In this document: positions 39,284 to 48,857 of the stretch, one piece after another
Layout of the letters: each line of letters begins with the position of its first letter
Numbering within the stretch: the first letter of the stretch is position 1
Assembly (NCBI GenBank): GCA_965261395.1
Contig: OZ253462.1
Coordinates: 6,016,001-6,080,000 of the forward strand
Origin: Candidatus Latescibacterota bacterium
Lineage (GTDB): Bacteria; Latescibacterota; UBA2968; UBA8231
DNA length: 64,000 nt
Reading direction: 5' to 3'
Notes under the pieces: model-generated
What the model was told of the DNA's origin: nothing
What the model saw: only the letters and a program-made list of their open reading frames with translations
The model's database searches: none
Translations under genes and position numbers: made by a program

Positions 39284-40615
39284 TTGGACAAAAAAATCGC
39301 CACTAGCGGCTGGGGGCTGTACCCGCTCGTCGCCGCCTCGGTTCAGCACGCGCGCTACCTAAGCGACCTTGGTCGCGCCGCCGCGACCCCGACTTTGCCC
39401 CAGGGCAATTGCCGCTCGTACGGCGACGCCTGCCTATACGAGCGCGTCGTCTCCACCCTGCCCCTCAAGCACCTGCTCGACTTCGATCCGCAGCGCGGTA
39501 TTTTGCGCGCGCAAGCTGGCATTACCTTCGCGGAGATAATCCGCTTCGCCCTGCCGCGTGGCTTTTTTCCGCCGGTTACGCCGGGGACCAAGTTCCCCAC
39601 GCTCGGCGGCTGCATTGCCGCGGATGTCCACGGCAAAAATCACCACGCCGAGGGTTCCATCGCCGCCTTTGTCGAATCGCTGGACATGGTGTTGGCCGAT
39701 GGCTCGCTAGTACGCTGCTCGCGCAGCCAGTGCGCCGACCTGTTTTGGGCCACGCTCGGCGGCATGGGCTTGACGGGATTTATCTATGCGGCGACGCTGC
39801 GGCTGAAAAAGGTGCCGTCGGCGTACATCCGGCAGCGCGCCATCAAGACGGCGAATTGGGCCGAGACGTGCCGCGTCTGCACGGAGACTCAGCATCAGTA
39901 CACCTATTCGGTCGCGTGGATCGATGGCCTGCAAACAGGCCGACAGCTAGGCCGCGGCCGCGTGCTGCTGGGGGAACACGCCGACGCGCGCGAGCTCAAG
40001 GGCAAGCCGCCCTTTCCCATCCACGGCGAGGGCCGCTGGGCGGTGCCGTTCTTCTTGCCCGGTGGCGTGCTCAATTCCAAGTCGCTAAAGGTGTTTAACG
40101 CGCTCTACTATCATCGCCAAGTGCGCCGTGCGACCGACGCACTCGTCCACTACGATCCGTACTTCTATCCGCTCGACGCCATCCGCGGCTGGAACCGCCT
40201 GTACGGCCGCCGGGGCTTTTTGCAATACCAGATCGCCGTGCCCTATGCCGATGGCGCGGAGGTGATCGCCGACCTGCTCGGGCGCATTGCCCGCCAAGGC
40301 GTGGCTTCGCCCTTGGCCGTGCTCAAGACGTTTGGGCCGCCGAGCGAGGGCCTGCTTTCTTTTCCCCTAGCGGGTTATACCCTCGCGCTGGACATCCCCT
40401 TGCGCGACTGTGGGACGATCCCCTTCTTGCGCACACTGAACAAAATCATCGTCGAGGCTCAAGGCCGCGTCTATCTGGCCAAGGACGCCATTTTGGAAAG
40501 GGAGGATTTCGCCGCCATGTATCCGCAACTGGAACAATTCAAGGCGGTCAAGCGCAAATACGACCCCGAGCACCGCTTCCGCTCCTGCCTGTCCGACCGC
40601 TTGGGGATTACGTGA
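39284..40615 (+). CDS. FAD-binding oxidoreductase, DprE1-like
   Basis: GNCRSYGDA, PVTPGTKFPTLGGCIAADVHGKNHH, GGMGLTG, FYPLD..WNRLYG..GFLQYQ and GRVYLAKD. Confidence 0.88.
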   Translation: MDKKIATSGWGLYPLVAASVQHARYLSDLGRAAATPTLPQGNCRSYGDACLYERVVSTLPLKHLLDFDPQRGILRAQAGITFAEIIRFALPRGFFPPVTPGTKFPTLGGCIAADVHGKNHHAEGSIAAFVESLDMVLADGSLVRCSRSQCADLFWATLGGMGLTGFIYAATLRLKKVPSAYIRQRAIKTANWAETCRVCTETQHQYTYSVAWIDGLQTGRQLGRGRVLLGEHADARELKGKPPFPIHGEGRWAVPFFLPGGVLNSKSLKVFNALYYHRQVRRATDALVHYDPYFYPLDAIRGWNRLYGRRGFLQYQIAVPYADGAEVIADLLGRIARQGVASPLAVLKTFGPPSEGLLSFPLAGYTLALDIPLRDCGTIPFLRTLNKIIVEAQGRVYLAKDAILEREDFAAMYPQLEQFKAVKRKYDPEHRFRSCLSDRLGIT

Positions 40616-41343
40616 GGGCCTTGGTTTTGGGGGCGAAGTCGGCGATTGCCCAAGCCATTGTCGAGCGCCTCGATGGCTATGACTTCGCGCTGGCCGCTCG
40701 CGAGTGTAGCGAACTGGAGCCTTTTGCCGCGGACTTGCGGCTCAAGCGCTCGTGCGAGGTGGAGCTGTTCGAGTTCGACGCCTTGAACTTTGCGGCGTTG
40801 GCGCGCTTGCCGCAACAGGTGCACGAGCGCGGCGGCCCCTTCGACTTGGTCGTCCTCGCCTTTGGCTATCTCGGCGACGAACGCGCCGCACAGCGCGATA
40901 CGGATGAGCTAGCTCACATCCTCAACGCCAACCTTACCGGCGCGGCCATCGCTCTGGCGCATTTGGCTAATTATTTAGAGGAAAGGGGCACGCCGGCTGG
41001 CATCATCGCCATCTCGTCTGTGGCCGGCGATCGGGGCCGCCAGGGCAACTACGCGTATGGGGCGGCCAAGGGGGGGCTGGCGATTTTCTTGCAAGGGCTG
41101 CGCAACCGGCTGGCCGCGACCTCCGTACACGTCTTGACCGTCAAGCCCGGGTTCGTCGATACGCCGATGACCAAGGGGCTAGAGGGCCTTTTTTTGGTCG
41201 CTTCGCCGGAGAGAGTAGCCGCCGACATCGTGCGCGCCTATCGGCAAAAGAAGGACGTGCTCTACACGCCGTTTTTTTGGCGTTGGATCATGCTCGCGAT
41301 CAAGAGCATTCCCGAGCGCATTTTTAAGAGGCTGAAATTGTGA
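40612..41343 (+). CDS. SDR oxidoreductase, DprE2-like
   Basis: LGAKSAIA, SSVAGDRGR..NYAYGAAK and VKPGFVDTPMT. GTGA-coupled to the DprE1-like gene. Confidence 0.88.
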   Translation: MRALVLGAKSAIAQAIVERLDGYDFALAARECSELEPFAADLRLKRSCEVELFEFDALNFAALARLPQQVHERGGPFDLVVLAFGYLGDERAAQRDTDELAHILNANLTGAAIALAHLANYLEERGTPAGIIAISSVAGDRGRQGNYAYGAAKGGLAIFLQGLRNRLAATSVHVLTVKPGFVDTPMTKGLEGLFLVASPERVAADIVRAYRQKKDVLYTPFFWRWIMLAIKSIPERIFKRLKL

Positions 41344-41401
41344 CGCGCAAAGCCCCCGGCATCGCAAGGATGGCCGCGATGGACACTCCACACGGCATAG
41401 C

Positions 41402-41725
41402 TTAACTGGTCTCGAATGCGTTTATTGCCGCGGCCTGAGATTCATAAATCGGGATGATCTGATCGAAGCCGCTGATTGCGAGCACATTGCGGATCGGATC
41501 AGAGAGGGTGCAAACGCCAAATTTCTTGCCCGATTCGTTGAATTTCCTAGAAATTATTAGACTGATCCGCAGCCCTGCGCTGCTGATGAAGAATACGCGC
41601 TCAAAGTCCAAGATCAAGGCTTGGTCTTCCGAATCAATGCCAGATTCTACGATGCGCTGGAATCTATCGGCGTTGCTACTGTCGATCCTCCCACAAACGC
41701 CCAAGGCCCCAAGCCCTGGAAATGC
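41402..41725 (-). pseudogene. STAS-domain anti-sigma factor antagonist, probably 5'-truncated
   Basis: GRIDSSNA..LILDFERVFFISSAGLR..VLAISGF. An in-frame TAG lies just upstream, there is no good start or RBS, and the first beta-strand is missing. Confidence 0.6.
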
Positions 41726-41815
41726 GGTTTGCTAGAACAAAAAGTTCCCGAATTGCCATAGGGGTTCTATATATATAACAATTGGGTAGCACGCTACCAT
41801 CGGATAAAAAATAAA

Positions 41816-42784
41816 TTGGCTTCAGAATATCGCCTGAAACAGGGTGAGAGCGTACCTGAAGGGGTGCGGCGGATGGCCGCTGCACAGCTCGATAAGGCCC
41901 TTGAGCATCTCGGGTGCCCGGACGGGAAACGAGACGAGCACATTCACGAGGCCCGCAAGGCCACCAAGCGCCTGCGGGCCTTGGTGCGCTTGGTCCGCGG
42001 CGAACTGGGAGACGAGGTGTACGCCTTGGAAAACCAGTGCTATCGGGACGCCGGTCAGCGGCTTTCGGGGTTGCGCGACGCCACGGTGCTGGTCGAGACT
42101 TTGGACCGCTTGGTGGAATACTTGGGCCAAGACGCGCCGAAGAGCCGGTTCGCCCGAGTGCGGGTGTGGCTGGTGGAGCGCCGCGATCGGGCCTATGGCC
42201 AGGCGGCTAGCAGCAATCGGGCCGTTCAGGAAGTGATCGCCGCTCTCGCGCCGGCCCGCGAGCGCTTGGAAAATTGGAATCTGCAGCGCCGGAGCTGGGG
42301 AGGGATCCGGGTGGGGGTGCAGCGGATATACGCGCGGGGCCAGCGCGACTTTGCCGCAGCCTACACGCTGCCCATCGACGAGGCATTCCACGACTGGCGC
42401 AAACAGGTGAAGTACCTGTGGTACCACACTCAGATATTGGAGAATATCTGGCCGTCGGTTATGCAGGCCCAGGCTGAGGGACTGGACCAGCTAGGGGAGT
42501 TGCTAGGCCAAGATCACGATCTAGCGGTATTGCGCACCACGGTTATGGCCGAGTTTCCCAGGGCTGGCACCACGGCCACACTGCGGGCTTTGGAAAGGCG
42601 GATCGACGCGGTGCGTGCCCGGATGCAGGAGCGGGCGCGTCTGCTCGCGGAGCGCATCTACATGGAACGGCCGCAGGAGTTCACCCGGCGTCTGCGGGGC
42701 TACTGGCGGGTGTGGCAAGCGGAGCAATCTGCTGGGTACGAGTTGAAGTTTGGCGCACCTGACTCGTCAGACATAGAAGGATAG
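41816..42784 (+). CDS. CHAD domain protein
   Basis: IHEARKATKRLRA, LRDATV, FHDWRKQVK and LGQDHDLAVL. Confidence 0.9.
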   Translation: MASEYRLKQGESVPEGVRRMAAAQLDKALEHLGCPDGKRDEHIHEARKATKRLRALVRLVRGELGDEVYALENQCYRDAGQRLSGLRDATVLVETLDRLVEYLGQDAPKSRFARVRVWLVERRDRAYGQAASSNRAVQEVIAALAPARERLENWNLQRRSWGGIRVGVQRIYARGQRDFAAAYTLPIDEAFHDWRKQVKYLWYHTQILENIWPSVMQAQAEGLDQLGELLGQDHDLAVLRTTVMAEFPRAGTTATLRALERRIDAVRARMQERARLLAERIYMERPQEFTRRLRGYWRVWQAEQSAGYELKFGAPDSSDIEG

Positions 42785-42820
42785 ACACTACTAGCCATTC
42801 GGCGAAAAGGAGATATAACC

Positions 42821-44038
42821 ATGATTCATACGACTATGTGGACCTATCCCTGGGATGTGATTGACGAGGGGGTGGACCGCGTCATCGGCTTTCTCAAGGA
42901 GGAGGTCGGGCTGGATGCGATCAGCCTGTCCACGGTCTATCACACCTACGATGCGCTGCGCACCCATATACCCGGCAAAAAGCTCTTTTCTGGGTACGAG
43001 GACGCCATCTACTTCCAGCCCCAAAGCGAGCTGTACCAGGGCACCAAGATCAAGCCGCATGTGCATCCTATGGCCAAGGACCAGGATCCAGTGCGGATTA
43101 TCGCCGAGGCCTGCCGGGCACGCGGTTTGGAATTGATTTCGTGGACCGTGCCCCTGCACAGCCACTACATGGCGAGGCAGCATCCAGACTGCGCTCTGCT
43201 CGGTGTGTTCGGGGATCGCTATCCGGGCTGTCTGTGCCCGGCCAATCCCGAGGTGCGAGAGTACGTACGCGGCTTGAGCTTGGACTTGGCCACCAACTAC
43301 GATGTGCAGATGATTGAGTACGAGTCCCTCCACTACATGGGCTTTGGCATGTTCCGTAACCACGCCAAGGTGGGGGTCAAACTCGGAGCGGTAGGCTCGC
43401 TGTTGATGTCGCTGTGCTTTTGCGCTGGATGTACGCAGCGAGCCGAGGCTCGGGGTATGGATGTGGGGGAATTGAAGGGCAAGGTGGGAAAATGGCTCTT
43501 GGACATCTTCGAGGAGGGGCCACCGGAGCGCAGCGTGGAAGAGTTTGTCGCCGACGAGCCCTTGGTTCACGAATACGTAAAGATGCGCGCGGATACAGTG
43601 ACGTCGCTGGCCGCAGAGGTAAAAGAGGCCGTAAAAATGCCCATTTCTTTTTTGTACATGGGCAATTATTACAACAACGGCATCGACCGCAAACCCATCG
43701 AACAGATCGTCGATCGGGTCAACGTCCTGTGCTACAGCGGCTCGCCGGAGGAGGCCAGCCAAAGGGCGCAGGAGACCTTAGCCGGCATGGATGATCCGTC
43801 CATGCTGATCTGCGGCCTGAACGGCCACCAACCCATAGACAGCGCCGAACAAATGCGAGATATCATCGCTGCGGTTTACGAAACAGGGGCGCGCCGGTTC
43901 TCGTATTACAACTACGGTATGATTTCCCGGCGCAATCTCAGGTGGATTGCCGAGGCCATTGCCGAGGTGCGCGCCCTCGACGCTGGCTCGGAGGAAGAAT
44001 CCCCTCAAAGCAAGAAAAGGAAGTCACGCGATGGGTGA
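42821..44038 (+). CDS. Hypothetical TIM-barrel glycoside-hydrolase-like protein
   Basis: WTYPWD, YH, AIYFQP, LCPANPEVREY and LCFC..C; AAAAGGAG RBS. Confidence 0.6.
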   Translation: MIHTTMWTYPWDVIDEGVDRVIGFLKEEVGLDAISLSTVYHTYDALRTHIPGKKLFSGYEDAIYFQPQSELYQGTKIKPHVHPMAKDQDPVRIIAEACRARGLELISWTVPLHSHYMARQHPDCALLGVFGDRYPGCLCPANPEVREYVRGLSLDLATNYDVQMIEYESLHYMGFGMFRNHAKVGVKLGAVGSLLMSLCFCAGCTQRAEARGMDVGELKGKVGKWLLDIFEEGPPERSVEEFVADEPLVHEYVKMRADTVTSLAAEVKEAVKMPISFLYMGNYYNNGIDRKPIEQIVDRVNVLCYSGSPEEASQRAQETLAGMDDPSMLICGLNGHQPIDSAEQMRDIIAAVYETGARRFSYYNYGMISRRNLRWIAEAIAEVRALDAGSEEESPQSKKRKSRDG

Positions 44039-45008
44039 CGTGTTTTTGCTAGGAGCTGGGTTTTCAAAGGCCGTGTCAGATGATATGCCTCTGCTCCAAG
44101 AACTCAGTAGCCAGACCCGGGGGAGACTTTCCGATCTGCCAGAGTCTCTTTCGACTGTCGGCGATAATATAGAAATCTGGCTTTCCTACCTTAGCCAACC
44201 TCATCCGTGGCTCCGTGAATCAGAAAACTTGAGGAATCGAGCATTGGCACTGGAGATTACGGAAGAGATCGAGAAGGTTCTTGATGAGAAGGAGCAATTA
44301 GTAGTCCAAGATGAGTGCCCAAGCTGGTTACTTACACTGACGCAGCATTGGCACAAAAATCAGGCCGGGGTCATTAGCCTCAATTACGATACTCTGGTAG
44401 AACGAGCCGCAGTTAATAGTATTGGCAAGATCAAGGCTGAACATATCTACCCTGTGAGACTCGAACTCTCTACTAAAAGGGGCGGAGAGAACGCGGCTGT
44501 CTTAGGCTCGATGAGGCCTGTGGACTCTTTTACACTGTTCAAGCTACACGGATCAACTAACTGGTACTATTCAGGTACTTCTGAATCCACCGGGGAGGTG
44601 ATTTACTACAGCACTATTGGAGGATGGGTTGCCAATTCTTCTAGGGAAAGCGGCTCAAAGCAGGCAGTAAGCGACAAGACACCTCTAATCGTTCCTCCCA
44701 CGACAGAAAAAGTTGGGTTTTTCCAGCACGAGTCATTGAAGCGTATTTGGACCCAAGCCTTGTCGTCCTTACGTGCGGCAACTAGGCTCTTCATTATTGG
44801 ATATTCACTCCCGATGACCGACTTGGCCGTTCGCCTGTTCCTCCATGACGGAGCACGCGGCTGTAGGAAGGAGCTATATACTGTCAATCTGGATTGCAGT
44901 ATTGTTGACCGTTATACCGAGTTGTTGGGTAATGCCTTTGATGTAAAGGAGGAGTTTGTCGGAGATAACGCGATCGAAAAATTCGTAAAAAAAGTCGAGG
45001 ATCTTTGA
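44031..45008 (+). CDS. SIR2-like (SIR2_2) NAD-binding domain protein
   Basis: VFLLGAGFS, ISLNYDTLVE, FKLHGS, IVPP and IIGYSLP..D. Lower GC than the flanks. Confidence 0.82.
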   Translation: MGDVFLLGAGFSKAVSDDMPLLQELSSQTRGRLSDLPESLSTVGDNIEIWLSYLSQPHPWLRESENLRNRALALEITEEIEKVLDEKEQLVVQDECPSWLLTLTQHWHKNQAGVISLNYDTLVERAAVNSIGKIKAEHIYPVRLELSTKRGGENAAVLGSMRPVDSFTLFKLHGSTNWYYSGTSESTGEVIYYSTIGGWVANSSRESGSKQAVSDKTPLIVPPTTEKVGFFQHESLKRIWTQALSSLRAATRLFIIGYSLPMTDLAVRLFLHDGARGCRKELYTVNLDCSIVDRYTELLGNAFDVKEEFVGDNAIEKFVKKVEDL

Positions 45009-45031
45009 GGCCCTTGCAGTCAACATGGGAC

Positions 45032-45060
45032 TTGTGCGATTATGGTGAAACCACCATAAT
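45032..45060 (+). promoter_or_regulatory. TA operon promoter with palindromic operator
   Basis: TTGTGC-17 bp-CATAAT. The inverted repeat ATTATGGTG-AAAC-CACCATAAT (45039-45060) overlaps the -10. Confidence 0.7.
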
Positions 45061-45065
45061 TAGAT

Positions 45066-45434
45066 ATGGCCCCAGAGATGCTGAAGCCTGTTGAATGGGT
45101 TGGCTCAAGCAGAGAAGACCTAAAGAAGTTTCCAGCCGCCGTACAGGACCAAGTCGGCTTTGCTTTGTATCAGGCCCAAGTTGGACTCAAACATCGCACT
45201 GCCAAACCGCTTAAAGAGTTGGGTGCCAATGTGTTGGAGGTAATCTCACGCCAAGACGGTGGCACCTATCGGACGGTGTACACAGTCCGTTTTAAGGCAG
45301 CCATCTATGTCCTACATGCCTTCCAGAAGAAGGCCAAGCGGGGTATTGCGACACCGAATCAGGAGATTGATCTGGTCAAGCACAGGCTGAAGGCAGCAGA
45401 GCAGCACTATACGGACACCTATGGCGAAGGGTAG
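45066..45434 (+). CDS. Type II TA toxin, RelE/ParE superfamily (Gp49/HigB-like)
   Basis: KPVEWVGSSREDLKKFP..GTYRTVYTV..IYVLHAFQKK. Confidence 0.88.
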   Translation: MAPEMLKPVEWVGSSREDLKKFPAAVQDQVGFALYQAQVGLKHRTAKPLKELGANVLEVISRQDGGTYRTVYTVRFKAAIYVLHAFQKKAKRGIATPNQEIDLVKHRLKAAEQHYTDTYGEG

Positions 45435-45438
45435 CTCA

Positions 45439-45765
45439 ATGAAGACGAAAAAAATGAAAATCGAACGCGGCAGCGGAAACGTGTTCGCGGACTTGGGACG
45501 CCCTGACGCCGAGACTCATCTGTTAAAAGCAGAGCTTGTCACCCGCATTGACCAGATTATTCGCCAGCGCGGACTCAAGCAGGTCGAGGCGGCGAAGTTA
45601 CTCGGACTGTCCCAGCCTGATGTTTCGCGTCTCCTGCGGGGAAGTTTTCGGGAGTACTCCGTGGAGCGCCTCCTCCGCCTGTTGACGACACTTGGGCGCA
45701 ATGTGGAAATCGTCATCCGCAAGCCCCGTTCGCAGCGACAGGGCCGACTCAGTATCAGAGCGTAA
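45439..45765 (+). CDS. XRE-family HTH antitoxin (HigA-like)
   Basis: GSGNVFADLG..LKAEL..QVEAAKLLGLSQPDVSRL. Confidence 0.88.
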   Translation: MKTKKMKIERGSGNVFADLGRPDAETHLLKAELVTRIDQIIRQRGLKQVEAAKLLGLSQPDVSRLLRGSFREYSVERLLRLLTTLGRNVEIVIRKPRSQRQGRLSIRA

Positions 45766-45953
45766 GCGATCCGAATGCCCTTTGGGAACCAAGCTCACAC
45801 CAGCCGTACGACCGAGCCGGTCAGCGGGAAAGCGATCGCCTCATTCAATCTAGCTGCTGCTTTCGATTGGCTTATGGGCTGAGGCGGGCGCGACCGCGGA
45901 GACATGCCGGACGCGCGGTTTGGAACGGATACGTAACCGAGTGGAAGGTCACC

Positions 45954-46388
45954 GTGCAGCTAACTGCTTACACTGATTATTCGCTTCGTGTGTTGATGTA
46001 TTTGGCCGTTCGCGAAAATAGTATTTCAACCATTGCCGAAATGGCCTCAGCTTACAACATCTCTAAGAATCATCTGGTGAAAATTGTGCATAAACTCGGT
46101 CAGAAAGGCTTCGTCGAAACGGTCCGCAGACGAGGAGGTGGACTCCGATTAGGCCGCCACCCCGAGCAGGTGAAGCTTGGAGAAGTCGTGCGGCAAATGG
46201 AGCCTCACTTCAACGTCGTCGAATGCCTTGAACCCTCTACGAATCACTGTCCCATCACGCCAGCGTGTGGACTCTCTCGCGTATTAGTTGAGGCGCGTGA
46301 CGCCTTTCTTGCCGTATTAGACCGCTATACACTTGCTGATCTTATCGAGGAAAGAGACGCCTTAACCCGCCTTCTCCAGTTCCGATAA
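45954..46388 (+). CDS. Rrf2-family regulator, NsrR-like
   Basis: GTG start, QLTAYTDYSLRVLMYLA, ISKNHLVK and three Cys (EC..HCPITPAC). Confidence 0.87.
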   Translation: MQLTAYTDYSLRVLMYLAVRENSISTIAEMASAYNISKNHLVKIVHKLGQKGFVETVRRRGGGLRLGRHPEQVKLGEVVRQMEPHFNVVECLEPSTNHCPITPACGLSRVLVEARDAFLAVLDRYTLADLIEERDALTRLLQFR

Positions 46389-46444
46389 TCTCTTCTGATC
46401 GGCTCCATCAGAGTTGACATTACGGCGTATAAGGAGACGAGAGC

Positions 46445-46837
46445 ATGAAACAAGCCTATGAACGCCCGTTTCGGCCCACTGAAATAACCGATTCCACCGT
46501 GGCATTCTTTCCCTTGTTGAGTATGGCCAATCAGCTTATGACGGAGGATGTGCTTGAAAATACGGGACGAAATTCTCTGTCCTTAGCACGTGGGAACGAT
46601 TTAACCGTCGTCTTGATCGTATTAAAGGACCAAGCCGTGCTTCACGAACATATCGCTCCAGGTCCGATCACTGTCACAGCTTTGTCTGGACATCTTGAGT
46701 TCTCGACGGCCACTGAATCTAAGCCGTTGAGGCTGCGGACAGGTGAGGCTGCTGTCTGTGCAGCCCATTTACCTCATAGTGTCAAAGCCCTAGAGGACAG
46801 TGCCTTCTTGCTCGTCATTGGCGGCCGGGCCGAATAA
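46445..46837 (+). CDS. Cupin domain protein
   Basis: LHEHIAPGPITV..LSG..PHSVKALEDSAFLL; AAGGAG RBS. Confidence 0.82.
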   Translation: MKQAYERPFRPTEITDSTVAFFPLLSMANQLMTEDVLENTGRNSLSLARGNDLTVVLIVLKDQAVLHEHIAPGPITVTALSGHLEFSTATESKPLRLRTGEAAVCAAHLPHSVKALEDSAFLLVIGGRAE

Positions 46838-46920
46838 GGAACTCCAAAGGCAGCAGTACGAAGTCGAGGCTGTCGTTTCCACCTCCTGTTACCAGACGCT
46901 TCTAAATCTGCCGCCCTGCC

Positions 46921-48831
46921 TCACTCCGGCAACGCCAGCGCCACAAGCTGCGGCACCCAGTCGTCGTTATTAATTGGAAAGACGATATACTGACGCCCGT
47001 CGGCCATATAGCTGATGGGGCTGCCGTTGGGGTTGCCGGGGAATTCCATCTCGGCCAGCACTGCGCCCGTATCTAGGTCGAAAGCGCGCAGATAAGGCCC
47101 TTGTTCGACAAAAGCATTGTCGCTGAGATCTCCCCACCAATCGGGCGATTGCGAGACCACTACCAGCACGGTCTCGGTGGCGAGTATGTAGTTGTAGTGG
47201 AACCAGCCCATAGCGGGCAGGTCGAGGTCGCGCAGGGCCTTGTGGTTGACCGGGCCTTTGCCCACCGGACTCATCCAGATGTGCTCGCCGGTGTCCAAGT
47301 CGATGGCGGTGATCCGGCCGTAGGGGGGCTTGGTCAGTGGTAGGCCATCGACGTATTCGGTGTCGTCCTTAAAGAAGGCGTAATCCGAAAAGGAGCGCAG
47401 GCCTTCCACCTTTTCCAGCCGCACAATATCGGCGTCAGTGCGCGAAGGCACGTAGAGCACGTTCTCTTTTGGCACTAGGGCCGCGCCGCTCCAATCCGAA
47501 CCGCCCAAGCCCCCGGGTAATACCAGCGTGCCCTTTTCGCTGGGTGGGGTAAAAAGCGGGCCGTGCTCGTATTTTTGCAGGATCGCCAGCGCCTTTTCCC
47601 GCAACTCGGGCGTAAAGTCGATCAGGTCGTCTTCCTGCAGCCCCTGACGGTCGTAGGACGCGGGCTTGCTGGGAAAGGGCTGGGTCGGCCAGCTTTGCTC
47701 GCCCGGGGTTTTCGACTTGGGCACCTCGCGCTCTTTGATGGGCCAGACTGGTTCGCCCGTCGTGCGGTCTAATACATAGCAGAAGGCCTGTTTGCTCACT
47801 AGGGCTAGAGCTTTGATCGCTTTGCCTTGTACTTCTATATCGGCTAGGACCGGCGGTGCCGGCGGGTCGTAGTTCCACAGGCCGTGGTGGATGAGCTGAT
47901 AGTGCCAGACGCGCTCGCCGGTTGCCGCCTTGAGGCAGACCAGCGTTTGGCTGAAGAGATTGGCACCGGGCCGCTCGCCGCCGTAGTGATTGTGGGTGGT
48001 GCTGCTGACGGGTAGGTACACGTAGCCTAACTCGTCGTCGGCGCTCATTGCAGCCCAGACATTGGCTTGGCCATAGGTCTGCCACGCGTCGTTTTCCCAG
48101 GTGTCGTTGCCGTACTCGTCCTCCTGCGGTACCGTCTGGAAGACCCAGACCTGTTCGCCGGTGTGGGCGTCAAAGCCGCGCACGTCGCCGGGGGTGGAGT
48201 ATTTGGCGGGAGGCCGGTCGTGCCAATCGAGGATGGCGGAACCTACCACCACCACGTCGCGGCAGACGATCGGTGCCGAGGTGACGGCGTAACGGCTGCG
48301 GTTGATGCGGCGGCGCAACCCCTTGCTTAGATCGACGAAGCCGCCCGCGCCGAACTCCGGGTCGGGCTGGCCGGTCTCGATGTCGATTGAGTAGAGGCGG
48401 TCGGAGGAGGTGCCGTAGAAGATGCGCTTCTTGTCGCCGCTTTGCCAGTAGGCGATGCCCCGCAAAATGCCCGTGAAACCCTCGTAGTTCTCCCATACCT
48501 GCGGATCAAAGGTCCACAGCTCTTGGCCGTTGGTGGGATCGACCGCGCAGAGGATGTTGAAAGGCGACCCGTAGTAGAGCACGCCATCGACCATTAGGGG
48601 GGTGCCCTTATTCGTGTCGGTCCACATGTACTCGCGCTCGGCGATCTCCTTGTCGGGGGCCGTGTAGCGCCAAACTTCCTGTAGCCGGGCGAAGTTGGTG
48701 CCGTCAATCTGCGACAGAGGCGCGTATTTGTTGCTCTTGGCGTCGGCGGCGTAATAGGGCCATTCCTCGCTCTGGGCCGCAACGGCGGCAAGGAGGAGGA
48801 ACACGCCGGCGAACAAGCGGATCGTGGGCAT
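46921..48831 (-). CDS. PQQ-dependent (quinoprotein glucose-type) dehydrogenase
   Basis: Signal peptide, TPLMVDGVLY, PGDVRGFDA.TG, ANVW..MSADDELG and WHYQLIHHGLWNYD. Confidence 0.88.
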   Translation of the reverse strand: MPTIRLFAGVFLLLAAVAAQSEEWPYYAADAKSNKYAPLSQIDGTNFARLQEVWRYTAPDKEIAEREYMWTDTNKGTPLMVDGVLYYGSPFNILCAVDPTNGQELWTFDPQVWENYEGFTGILRGIAYWQSGDKKRIFYGTSSDRLYSIDIETGQPDPEFGAGGFVDLSKGLRRRINRSRYAVTSAPIVCRDVVVVGSAILDWHDRPPAKYSTPGDVRGFDAHTGEQVWVFQTVPQEDEYGNDTWENDAWQTYGQANVWAAMSADDELGYVYLPVSSTTHNHYGGERPGANLFSQTLVCLKAATGERVWHYQLIHHGLWNYDPPAPPVLADIEVQGKAIKALALVSKQAFCYVLDRTTGEPVWPIKEREVPKSKTPGEQSWPTQPFPSKPASYDRQGLQEDDLIDFTPELREKALAILQKYEHGPLFTPPSEKGTLVLPGGLGGSDWSGAALVPKENVLYVPSRTDADIVRLEKVEGLRSFSDYAFFKDDTEYVDGLPLTKPPYGRITAIDLDTGEHIWMSPVGKGPVNHKALRDLDLPAMGWFHYNYILATETVLVVVSQSPDWWGDLSDNAFVEQGPYLRAFDLDTGAVLAEMEFPGNPNGSPISYMADGRQYIVFPINNDDWVPQLVALALPE

Positions 48832-48857
48832 GGGTCGGGTCTTTCTCGGTGTAATGG

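Noticed and set aside
45766-45953. Possible ncRNA or riboswitch between the TA and the Rrf2 gene
   Set aside because: I found no recognisable conserved motif or convincing structure by eye.
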